Below, piece by piece: positions 37,498-50,700 of a DNA stretch of 64,000 nt. The position numbers and the translations under genes were made by a program. A model generated the notes under the pieces. It was not told the origin of the DNA. It saw only the letters and a list, made by a program, of their open reading frames with translations, and did no database searches. Within the stretch, counting starts at the first letter, position 1. Every line of letters starts with the position of its first letter. This DNA comes from Basidiobolus meristosporus CBS 931.73 (Eukaryota > Fungi > Basidiobolomycota): the NCBI GenBank assembly GCA_002104905.1, contig MCFE01000018.1, positions 182,066 to 246,065 of the forward strand, written 5' to 3'.

Positions 37498-40400
37498 TCT
37501 AGACTTCAATTCCCGGATAGTCTCCAAACACTCAAAAATTCGTAGTTGTCGACAAATACTCATGTTACTTCTGATTGGAAAAATACTTTGGCGTATTCTT
37601 CTGTTTCTTGATTTTGAGGGCGCCTTTTTACTCCAAGCTTTCATATCCGCTCCCATATTCACATGGTTGGACCACACATACCATCTGTTTGCTTTGTAGA
37701 ACCAAATGTGAACTGATACCAATTAGGTGTACTGTCAATCTAGATCTACCGATTAGCTAATCCATTGCGATTAGCTAGTTAAATGCGTCAGTCGATCCAC
37801 CTAATTCCGGTATTGTACATTGTCAATTTCTAACCAAATGCAATTTGCACCAATGAAAACCTCATTTATTAACACTCTCCACCCATGTGAGAGGAAAATA
37901 CCTTAATTCGGTAAGCGCTCCAAATAATGCGACTAATGGATTGTCAAGACGAGTATCGCGATCTTATAATTTTTGCATCGTGTTTTCGATGTGAACTATA
38001 AAACGATTCATTGCCATATAGTAGCCGATTTGTTAATTGGCAGGTTTCAAAGCTAGTATCTTGATAAAGTTGCGCTTTACGATAATGACCACAACTGAGG
38101 GTAGCATAATTGGGATATTGTCAATGCTTCAACCATTAACACCTATGTAATATTGTCCAGCTCCTATTCAGCATGCATGCGGACTCTCTTATCATCAATT
38201 GCTTTTTGGGGATGAAGTATAAATTTAAACCCAACTCTGGTATTTCTCAGTCAACAGCATCTACAAGTCGTCAAGTAATCAAAAACCTGGGGATGGGGAT
38301 GAAACCATTGCCATCGAATTTAATAACTACCCCTACTCAGGGTGGAGTTTTATCTCCTTTCGGCAAGTGGCGCACATATCATACCAATTTTGTCAGTAAC
38401 ATGAACTATATAATTCCGAGATCTTTTATATTATGCATTGTTATTCTAAAGAGAAATGTGATCTGATAAAATTGCCTTTTTCAGTGAGCAGTACATTGAT
38501 TGGCACTACCTTGCTATGGGTATGGAATATTAAACAAATAATATGGATTGAATCAACTAGCGGAATTAATATACCAATCCAAATATTCTACAATATTGAC
38601 AAGGTACCGCTTACAATTCTTCATGCCATCATCTGTTGACATATGATCATAGTATTAAGTTAGATACAAGGGTGCGTACTTGATCGCGTTTGAGCGGACT
38701 AGCCAGTTAATAGGCAAAGTCAAGACAGCCAGGACACACTTATCGTGATGCGCTATGTAATATCATCAACAGCTATGCATTTGGCTTTCAAGTATAACGT
38801 AGTGCATAATTAATCGACTACTTGTTTTACATTTCCGTGGCCATTTGCGAAATGGCTTTCCATCAATGCTATGATTGCAATGTTCCATCTATGCTACTGA
38901 CCGGAGCATCGGCACTATCACAATCACACTACCATCGGCAGTGATCATGTGCATTGAAAGACATAAGTAACTCACGATATTAGCGATGAGTTCTGCCAAT
39001 CAACTAGTCAGACTGCTAGTATTGCATACCAGATTAAGGTGTTAGTATCTCAGATGGTTGGTGAGGGTTATTAAACAGGCTCTTTAAGGATCTATCGGTT
39101 GAATCAGTAATCAGATAGCAACCGACGATTTGTAGGAGGAATATATGATCAGATATACTTGAATTGGGTGGATTCTCTCATGTTCATAACTGGCTTATTT
39201 CAGTGAAATATCTACTCGGTGGATCTAGACTGATGAAGCATTTGATTAGTGCTGTTCACATCGATATCTACGTAGGGAACAAATGACATGTGAAGCCCAG
39301 CAATGTGAATATGGGAATGGGTAAAGAGGCCTGGAAGAAAGTGGCTGACTCTGTATTACTACCAATGACTTTCGATCATGACCCTGTGAAAAAAATGCCA
39401 TACAGAAGGAGTGGATAAATCATTACCAAAGATGCAGCATAAAAGGCTGACTAGGGCTTGACAAACATCAAGCCTAGTTTCACTCTACAAAAAGCCCGCC
39501 GTTAGACTGAATATTCCGTTTGCAGCGTCTCTGCTTGGCAGTCTTCCATCTGGAGGTCATTACTGTACCAGTACCGGAGAAGTTCGCATGAATTTTCAAG
39601 CGTGTCATGTTATATCCGAACCGCAGGTCACACAAGACAAAGTTTCTTTGTTGTCACGTCTAGAGTACTTGTAAAGAATAAAACATCTATCGAGGGTAAT
39701 TCTTAGTTGAATATATGGTATAGTTTAGGTTTGATATTTAAGAATGGATACTATCTTCTATGGGGGAATAGAAAGTATTAGAGCTTGAAAGTTGGAGGTA
39801 TAGTAGTTTTGCATGGATTTAACGTTGCGCTATATAATTCTGGATTCTAAAGATAAAAAATTAATTAAACCCTAACCGCGATACCAAAGCTGGGCACGTT
39901 CGGTTCCGAACTTAATAGGTTTCTGAGAATATCGAAAAAATTATGGTATTTATTCGGCGTACAGGTGTCGTCAAATATCCCAGAGCCTTGCTTTTGACTA
40001 AATCCAACAATAATGTAGTGAAAGAGTCTACCGATTTCAGGAAACCTGTTGGGATCATATTTCCCAATGTTTCATCTATCCAGTTTGAATGGTAGTGAAG
40101 AACATTAGACTTTTGAACCTGTGCTTGGGCGTTCATGATTTGATCGGTCATACATCGGTGATCATCTTTTAAATGCATAAATATGCTATTGTAAACCAAT
40201 ATACTGAACAGCAGTACAATTATGAGTCGATTCAGAGAAGCTTACAGAAATTCGGCAGTTCAGAGGGCCTCCGAGTCGATGCGTTCAGAACTGAGTATTC
40301 ATTGACTTTGGCATAATTGAATGCGTCTTCCGTCCATGCCAACGTCAGATACGGCAACCAGAACGCTCTTGAGTCCACCAAAGCAGCACTGAAATACACC

Positions 40401-41459
40401 GAGTATAATCAGTCCTATGGCTTTTACTAGAGATTCCTGCAGCGAATACCATAGCAATTTGACTGATCCCATTTGCATTTAATTTACCACTGTACATGGT
40501 ATTCATGATTCCTTTCACTACATTGTTGCTCAGGGTTTTACCTGCTCATTTACAGGAAAGACAAAGGTCAATACTTGTGGTATGATGGGTAACGCAGCAG
40601 AAATTACTTAAATGACTCATCCACTTGCAAATGAAATCTACATATTTCACTAGCCTTAAAATATAACCCTTCTACGGCTGAGAATTATGCATGCTAGGCT
40701 TCTGCTGTTTAAAATACATAATTTCAGCGGAGGTAGAACTTTTGGATACTAGTGAACATTATGTTTTAAGGTTGCTGATTGAAATAACCCGCTGCGCATT
40801 GTTGATTGGCACTACAAAATATTATACAACCGTATGTGGCTTGTATCTAATCACTGTAATGTGGATCTGTTTCCAAATTCGTAGTTCAGTGCTATGAAGA
40901 ACTACATGATATCTAGATCTTTTATTTTTTACACTATTGTTCCAAAATGCAATGTGATCTGAGACTCCTGCTGTTTTCAGTAAGCGGTACAATGATTAGC
41001 AGCACCATGCCGTAGATATGAGATATGTATCACATGTTGTATGGTTGGAATCAACCGATGGATTTGATAAATCATTCCAAATATTCTACACTGTGGTCAT
41101 GGTGCCGCTCACGACTCTTCGTGCCGTCAGGTGTTGATACATAGCCATACTACCAAGTAGATATTGTTGTTCAGACTTCACCACGTTTTAGCGGACTACC
41201 CAATTTGTAGATGTAACCAAGAGGGCCAGGAATATACATGTCGAGATGCGTTATATAATGTCATCAACAGTAATGTACTGGGCATTCAGATATGATGTAA
41301 AGCATTATTAATCTGCGATTTAGGAAACGTTTCTTTGGCTGGTTGGGATAATACTCTTCATCAGGTCCATTATTGCAATATTACATCAACACTACCGCCG
41401 TGGAATCAGCACTATCCTAATCACGTTGCCATCAGCGATATGCATAAGCATATTGGCAC

Positions 41460-43745
41460 ACATGTAAACCTATCACATTGTTAACTTTGCGACTTGCCAA
41501 TCAGCCGGTCGCATTGTTGGCATAGCGTGCCGATTCAAGGCATTACCTTTCTGAGATGTATGGTGAAAGTTATTAAAGGGATCTGTACGTTTCTATCGGT
41601 ACAAGCAGTATTCAGATAGAAATTGACGATACGAAATTGAATAAATGCTCAGATATACCTGAATAGGGTGGATTTCCACATGTTCATAACTGGCTTATCT
41701 CAGTGAATCAGCCACTCGGTAGATCGAGATTGCTGAAGGTTCCGATTAGTGCTGATTCGCGTTGACCTCTACATTGGGAACGAATAACATCTGAAGCCCA
41801 GCAATGCGAATATGGAAATGGATGTTGAGGCCTGGAGCAAAGTGACTGACTTTGCATTATTGCCAATAACTTTCGATCATGACCCCGGAAGTATGTACCA
41901 TACGCAAGGAGTGGATAAATCATTACCAAAGATGCAGTATAAAAGGCAAGCTGTGAGATGACGAACAGCAAGCATAGTTTCACTCTACAAAAAGCCCGCC
42001 GTTAGACTGAATATTCCGTTTGCAGCTATTCTGCTTGGTAGCCTTCCATCCGTAGTTCATTTACTGAACCAGTGCCGGTGTAACTCACATGAACTTCCAT
42101 CAATGACATGTTGAATCCGAACCTCAGGTTTCCAGCGTCTAGTTGAAGTATGTTTGGTGTAACGACTAGAGTACCTGTAAAGAATAAAACGTTTTTCGAG
42201 GGTGAATCTTATTTGGATGAATGATATGGGTTGGGTTGAATAGTAACGAATTGACACTTACTCCTATAGAGAGTAGCAATCATTTTGACCGGGTAAGTCT
42301 ACTTTGTTATCTTGGCATGAGTTTGACCTTGCGCTATGTCAGAAATTGGGCAGTTCGGACGTTCTCCAGGTCAATGCTTGCTGAACTGGGACTTCTTTGG
42401 CCTTTGGCGTCAGTGAATAAGTCTACCGCCCATTCTAACGTCAGATACGACCGAGAGAACGCTCTTGTGCAACTGAAATGCACCGGGTACAATCAATGCT
42501 ATTACATTTAATGGTGATTTCTTTAGGGAACGCCATCGCAATCTGACAGACTCCGGTTCCAATCCAATGGCGACTATATGAAATGTCCATGAGATCTTCC
42601 AATTCAACGTTGCGCAGTATTTTAAATATTCGTTGGCTGGATATACAAAGGCCCATACTCAAGGTATGATAGGCGCCGTAGTCGACATTCCTAAAATCAA
42701 TCATTAATGCGAGAATGAAAAATACGTGTGTCAACCGTCTTAAAATAAAACCTCTTCGGAATTGAGAATACGAATGACGTGTCCCGGCCGTTAGTAATTC
42801 ATATCTACATCCGACAACTAACCAAGTTTCATCATATCAACCGAATTATAAATATTACGTAATGTCAAAACAAAACAATAAACATATGCTACGCTACTAT
42901 ACTTGAATTGTCTGATCTAAACCATTCCTACTCTCTATATGAGAAAGTGTCAATTCGTTACTATTCAACCCAACCCATATCATTCATCCAAATAAGATTC
43001 ACCCTCGAAAAACGTTTTATTCTTTACAGGTACTCTAGTCGTTACACCAAACATACTTCAACTAGACGCTGGAAACCTGAGGTTCGGATTCAACATGTCA
43101 TTGATGGAAGTTCATGTGAGTTACACCGGCACTGGTTCAGTAAATGAACTACGGATGGAAGGCTACCAAGCAGAATAGCTGCAAACGGAATATTCAGTCT
43201 AACGGCGGGCTTTTTGTAGAGTGAAACTATGCTTGCTGTTCGTCATCTCACAGCTTGCCTTTTATACTGCATCTTTGGTAATGATTTATCCACTCCTTGC
43301 GTATGGTACATACTTCCGGGGTCATGATCGAAAGTTATTGGCAATAATGCAAAGTCAGTCACTTTGCTCCAGGCCTCAACATCCATTTCCATATTCGCAT
43401 TGCTGGGCTTCAGATGTTATTCGTTCCCAATGTAGAGGTCAACGCGAATCAGCACTAATCGGAACCTTCAGCAATCTCGATCTACCGAGTGGCTGATTCA
43501 CTGAGATAAGCCAGTTATGAACATGTGGAAATCCACCCTATTCAGGTATATCTGAGCATTTATTCAATTTCGTATCGTCAATTTCTATCTGAATACTGCT
43601 TGTACCGATAGAAACGTACAGATCCCTTTAATAACTTTCACCATACATCTCAGAAAGGTAATGCCTTGAATCGGCACGCTATGCCAACAATGCGACCGGC
43701 TGATTGGCAAGTCGCAAATTTAACAATGTGATAGGTTTACATGTG
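41460..43745. repeat. Inverted repeat, arms ~41460-42280 and ~42925-43745
   Basis: ORFs 41708-41983(-) and 43221-43496(+) give identical 91-aa translations. Confidence 0.96.
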
Positions 43746-45944
43746 CCACATTATGCTGGTGCTTACTGCGGATGGTCACGTAATTGGGATAGTACTAATA
43801 CCCTGGCCTGTGGCATTGAAATATTTGCGTTTGAATAATGCAAGTTTACTACAATAAAAATGAAGTAAATTACTGGACGTAGATACCTATTTCAAACAGC
43901 CTGAACCCGGCATACATAATTATGAACTGTAATAGGGTTATATTTTAAGGCGAGTGATATACTTCGATTTCGTTGGCAAGTTGATAAGACATTTTAGTAA
44001 TATCTATTACGTTGCCCACACTACCCCAAGTATGGCCTCAGTCTTTCCGGAACACGAGTATTCAATACCCTGATCAGCGTTGTAGTGAGAGAAATTATAG
44101 ATGCCATATAGTGGCAATTTGTATGCAAATGAAGTCAGCTATGTTGCCACGGTATTCGCTGCGGGAATCTTTAGTATATGACATAGGATTTCTAATACCG
44201 GATGCAGTCAAGTTCTGCTTTGGTGGAGACAACAGCGTACTTACGGTCCTGTCTAATATTACCAATGCCGGAAATCTGGTTTACTCACACCAATGCCTAA
44301 GTAATCTCCGCTCGGAACGTATCAACTTAAAGTACGTTCGATATATCATTCAATCTGTCATAGTAATTCAATTATATACATATCTAAACGTTACACCCAT
44401 GCCAATCTACTATTCATGCTAGGTTCAAAAACAAATTTTCCATGCTTTCTACAGGCGAGATACGGGTATATACACAAATATCAAACTTAAACCATAAAAT
44501 ACTTCCACCTTCGATAGACTTTTTATTCCTAACAAGTACTCTAGTGGCTACAACATATATACTCTGACTTGATGCTCGTGACTTGCGTTACGGATATAAC
44601 ACGACACGCTTGGAAATAGACGTGAGCACCCGTACTGGTACAGGAGTGACCTTCAGATCAAAGGCTGCCAAGCGGAGAAGCTGCAAACGGAATATTCAGT
44701 CAAACGGCGGACTTTTTGTAGAGTGAAACTAGGCTTGCTGTTTGATACACCGTAGCCAGCTTTTTATGCTGCATCCTTGGTAATAATTTATCCCCACATT
44801 TCGTATGAGATTATTATTCCAGGGTCATGATAGCATGTTATTGGTAGTAGAACAGAGTCAGCCACTTTGCTCCAGGCCTCTATTCACATTTCCACATTTA
44901 CACCGTTGGGCTGCACATGTCATTTGTTCCCAGTGTCGATGCTGATACGAATCGTTACTAATCGGCTCCTTTAGGAATCTCGATCCTCCGAGTGTCCGAT
45001 TCACTGAGATAGAAAAGCGATGAGCATAAGTGAATCCACGCAATTTAGGTAAATCCAGCCATATATTACCTGCACCTCATCGATATCTCCATGATTGCTG
45101 CTTTTATCAATCAAACCGTACTGTTTTCATTTAATAACTTTCACCATCTATTCGTAAGGATAAGACCTCATTTCGTTATGCAATGCAAACGAGCTACTGA
45201 TTGATCGCCGATTCGTTAAGCCAATACCTCGACAGTGATGCTACAAATTTAGTATATATAATCATTTTATTGAATTGGATCAAGGTGAAGCTATTTATAA
45301 TAGGTATATAGCGTCAAATTTATAGAGTGCAATTCAAAAATACTTCTGGGCTAGTGATTATTTTCAATTAGCATGAATAAAGGATGCGCAATGAATTAAT
45401 TCAACATATTTCGATTTCACTTTAGCTCAGTCGACAGTATTCTGTGTGGATACAAGATTTCAGGTAACAGTATAAAGCATTAGTTAAGTTTTGTTTGCGA
45501 TATGCTTGTGCGTGGTATACTAATCAATCACCGCAATAACCTTATACTCAAATTTATCCCTTAACATTCTCTGGTACGGCATGAAATGAGGTAATTACTG
45601 AAAGCATGATTGGGACCAGTAGTGTGTTACCTAAGTACCGAGGTGGAAATCGACTTGGAGATCAAAATCCACCCATTACTTGATTATTTACCGTACCAAT
45701 ATCCATGGATTACTGGGTTTGAAGCCTGGAACCTATGTGCCGACCAGATTAGAATACCCGGGGTGCTTTCTTCCAGCCACACTCAACATGTAGCTTATGT
45801 ACACCATATGATTTTGGTTCTGAGCTGCAGTGCCCGATAACACTACGGAACTGGCAGTTCAAAATAATGGTGAATCAACATTACCGCCGAGTAACGATAA
45901 CCCACAATATATATGCCACGTACTAACCGTATCTCCCCACCTAT

Positions 45945-47710
45945 TAATCACTCTCTACTTTCATTTGTAGGTACTCAATACCATAAAAATCATCAGTGAC
46001 ACTATAATAGTTGATAAAAGGAGTCATGAATTCTCTACAAAGCTTTTATTCCTTGATTTACTCAGGTCAACATAAGAACACCGATGACTTTCTGGCAACT
46101 TTCATACCCGACTATCTCCAATGGTAATGGATTTGCGGACTTGCTTCATCCAACAGCTGGAAACGGAAAACGGTAGACAACACGGAGACCAAAGGCTAAT
46201 CACCGAATCGGCTGAGCAGAGACATTATAAAGAGTGGAGAAATACTTGATTAATAACCAAGCGGTAGCCATGGATTTATAGTCTCTGCTGACCCCTGGTC
46301 TGCATCCACTATACCCCGGAGTATTCTGATGGATATGATATACTCTTCATTGGTTTTCCTGGATTAAACAGAATATTCTCCAAAGCACTGAGGCATGAAG
46401 CTCGGGATCCAATGAACTCTCCTGAGAAGTCATCAAATGAGTATTTCCGATATATATGGTGACAGGATGATAATCATCCTACCAATGATGACTGGCGGAT
46501 CAATACGCGTTTCAGGACTAAAATGAAGGAGTGATTAGTAGAAAATGACTATTATGTTTTTTTTACTTTATGATTAATTGAATGTAAAGGTAGTATATAT
46601 ACTTTTACATAATCATGGCAAAACAAACACATAAAATATGCTGGGGAGGTCCCAAGAACATGTGTGCAAAGTTTGGTGCTGTTTGGACGACTCTGAGACT
46701 TCTTAGGGTTAGGGTAGTGCATGCAATATGATTTTAGTGAGCAAGTTGATGGAATATTTAGGTGTAATCACAGTGCTAATAACACTCCCACTCAATTAAA
46801 TATTCATAGTAACTAGACCCAATTGTTGGCACCATATTGTGCATAGCTCCTCGGTACAGACTTTTGTTAGCCAATTTTATTGATATTCTTATGTTAAGAA
46901 GGTGCATACGAATATACCGACTACCTTCGAACCCTACAGTTCAATATGAAATTTTGCCACCAGATAGCTCAACAAATCGGCTTGTTGACACAGGGTCCAG
47001 ATTGTCAGGCAACCAATTCTAAATACACAATACAGTGACAATGACTCACGCATAGATAATAAGTTGCTCGTTTCTAAAAGTAGATGTGCAAAAGTGTTTC
47101 AAGTCAGTGCTATGCTGATCACCCCTTGATTATAGTCCTGAAACGCGTATTGATCCGCCAGTCATCATTGGTAGGATGATTATCATCCTGTCACCATATA
47201 TATCGGAAATACTCATTTGATGACTTCTCAGGAGAGTTCATTGGATCCCGAGCTTCATGCCTCAGTGCTTTGGAGAATATTCTGTTTAATCCAGGAAAAC
47301 CAATGAAGAGTATATCATATCCATCAGAATACTCCGGGGTATAGTGGATGCAGACCAGGGGTCAGCAGAGACTATAAATCCATGGCTACCGCTTGGTTAT
47401 TAATCAAGTATTTCTCCACTCTTTATAATGTCTCTGCTCAGCCGATTCGGTGATTAGCCTTTGGTCTCCGTGTTGTCTACCGTTTTCCGTTTCCAGCTGT
47501 TGGATGAAGCAAGTCCGCAAATCCATTACCATTGGAGATAGTCGGGTATGAAAGTTGCCAGAAAGTCATCGGTGTTCTTATGTTGACCTGAGTAAATCAA
47601 GGAATAAAAGCTTTGCAGAGAATTCATGACTCCTTTTATCAACTATTATAGTGTCACTGATGATTTTTATGATATTGAATACCTACAAATGGAAGTAGAG
47701 AGTGATTAAT
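45945..47710. repeat. Inverted repeat, arms ~45945-46519 and ~47134-47710
   Basis: Arms nearly identical to each other; paralogous to 7166-8850. Confidence 0.95.
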
Positions 47711-50700
47711 GGGTCTGTACGGTTTAATGCACAAAAGCAGTCACATCATAGATCTGGATGTGATGCCAGTAGATATAGGACCATATCCGGTTCAATTGGG
47801 TGGATTTTCCTTTGCCTTTCTTTTTGCTTATCTCAGTAAATTGGCTTTTCAGTGGATCGAGATTGATTAGGTATTCGATTAGTAAAGATTTGTATTGGAA
47901 TCTACATTGGGAACCAATGACATGTGAAGCCCAACAATGTCAATATGGGAATGCGAATAGTGGCTTGGAGCACAGTGACTGTCGTTGCATTACTTACAAT
48001 CACCTTCGATCTTGACTCCGGACCAATGTACCATACGCAAGGAGTGGATAAATCCTTAGTACTTCCAAGCGTGTTTTGTTGAATTCGAACCTCAGGTCAA
48101 AAGCGTCAAGTTGCAGTTTGTTTGTTGTAACGACTAGAGTGCTTGTAAAGAATAAAACGTCTATCGAGGGTGAATCTTAGTTTCATGTATAATATGGTTT
48201 AGGTTTAATATATATGAATGGGCCCTATTTCTCCTGTAAGGGAGTAGACAATGTTCTCATATGAATGATGCAAGTTTGGTAGCTTAGCCGGATTCAATGT
48301 TGCGCCATGTTTATATAATCGGATTGCAACCATAAAAACGAAGTAGATGTTGGATCTTCAAACGTATTTCAAACTAGTTAACCGGGCATACTTGATTTCG
48401 AACTGTCGAAGGTTTCTGAGCATATGTGTTTATCACAATGATCTGGTTTTCATTCAGCGCATTGGTGTCATGAAATATCCCTGGGAGCCTTACTTTCGAC
48501 TGAACCCAACAGTAAACCAGTATAGTAAACAGCAGTACGTTATTAATAGATTCAGAAGAGATAATGGAAATTCAGCAGTTCGGACGATCCTCGAGTTTGA
48601 TACGTTCTGAGCTGAGACTTCTTTGGCTTTAGTGTGAAATAAACCAGACTTCCGCCAATCCTAAGGTTAGATACGACCACAAGACCGCTCTAGTGTCCAC
48701 CAAATCTTTGGATTGAATGAATAAGTCTTCTGCCCATTCGAACGGCAGATACGACCATCAGAACGCTTTTGTCTTCACCAAAGCAGAACTGGACTGCACC
48801 GGGTATTACCAATCCTATAGCATTTACTAGGGACCTCCGCCTGGATTGCCACAGTAATGTGACCAACACCTTTTTCATAAAAATTGCCAGTGTATATGCT
48901 ATCCATGATTTCTTTCACTATATCGTTGCTCAGGGTTTTACCTGCTCGTATCCTGGAAAGACAAGCCAATACTTATGATATGATGGGTAACGTAGCAGAA
49001 ATTACTTGAATGGCTCATCCACTTGCAAATGAAATCTACATATTTCACTAGCCTTAAAATATAACCTTTTTACGGTTAAGAATCATGCATGCTAGGCTTT
49101 TGCTGTTTGAAATACATAATTTCAGCGGAGGTAGAACTTGTGGATACTAGTGAACATTATGTTTCAAGGTTGCTGATTGAAATAACCCGCTGCGCATTGT
49201 TGATTGGCACTACAAAATATTATACAACCGTATGTGGCTTGTATCTAATCACTGTAATGTGGATCTGTTTCCAAATTCGTAGTTCAGTGCTATGAAGAAC
49301 TACATGATATCTAGATCTTTTATTTTTTTCGCTATTGTTCCAAAATGCAATGTGATCTGAGACTCCTGCTGTTTTCAGTAAGCGGTACAATGATTAGCAG
49401 CACCATGCCGTAGATATGAGATATGTATCACATGTTGTATGGTTGGAATCAACCGATGGATTTGATAAATCATTCCAAATATTCTACACTGTGGTCATGG
49501 TGCCGCTCACGACTCTTCATGCCGTCATCTGTTGACACATAGCCATACTACCAAATAGATATTATAGCTCAGACTTCACTAAGTTTTAGTGGACTACCCA
49601 ATTTGTAGATGTAACCAAGAGGGCCAGGAATATACATGTCGAGATGTGTTATATAATGTCATCAACAGTAATGTAATTGGCATTCAGATATGGTGTAAAG
49701 CATAATCAATCAGCGATTTAGGGTACGTTTCTCTGGCTGGTTGGGATAATACTCTTCATCAGGTCCATTATTGCAATGTTACATCTATGTTACTGCCGTG
49801 GAATTAGCACTATTCTAATCACGTTGCCATCGGCGATATATATAAGCATATTGCCAATATGTCAAGTTTACACCCTTGCAACCATTCATTGTTAGGATTG
49901 CATGCCGATTCAAGGCATTACCTTTCTTCGATGTGTGATGAGAGTTATTAAAGGGATCTGTACGGTTCTATCGGTACAAATAGTATTCAGATAGAAATTA
50001 ACGATACGAAAGTGTATAAATACTCAGATATACCTGAATAGGGTGGATTTCCTCATGTTCATAACTGCCTTATCTCAGGGAATCGGCCACTCGGTGGATC
50101 GATATTGCTGCAGGTTCCGATAAGTGATGATTCGCGTTGACCTCTACATTGGGAACAAATGTCATGTAAGGCCCAGTGATTCCAATGTGGGAATGAACAT
50201 TGAGGCTTGGAGCAAAGTGGCTGACTCTGCATTATTACCAATAACTGTCGATCATGACCCCGGAACAATAATGCCATACGCAAGGAGGGGATAAATCATT
50301 ACCGAAGATGCAGCATAAAAGGCAGGCTATGGTACGACAAGCATCAAGCCTAGTTTCACTCTACAAAAAGCCCGCCGTTAGACTGAATATTCCGTTTGCA
50401 GCGTCTCCGCTTGGCTGCCTTCCATTCGGAGGTAACTCCTGTACCAGTGCCGGTGTAGTTGACATGAACTTCCAAGCGTGTCATGTTTAATCCGAATCTC
50501 AGGTCACCAGCGTCAAGTCAAAGAATGTTTGGTGTAATGACTAGAGTACTTGTAAGGAATAAAACGTCTATCGAGGGTTAATCTTAGTTGAATGTATGAT
50601 ATTGGTTGTGTTGAATAGTAATGAATTGACACTTACTCAGAGAGTCGGAAACGTTTTTATCGGATAAGTCAAGTTTGGTGTCTTGGCATGAGTTTGACCT

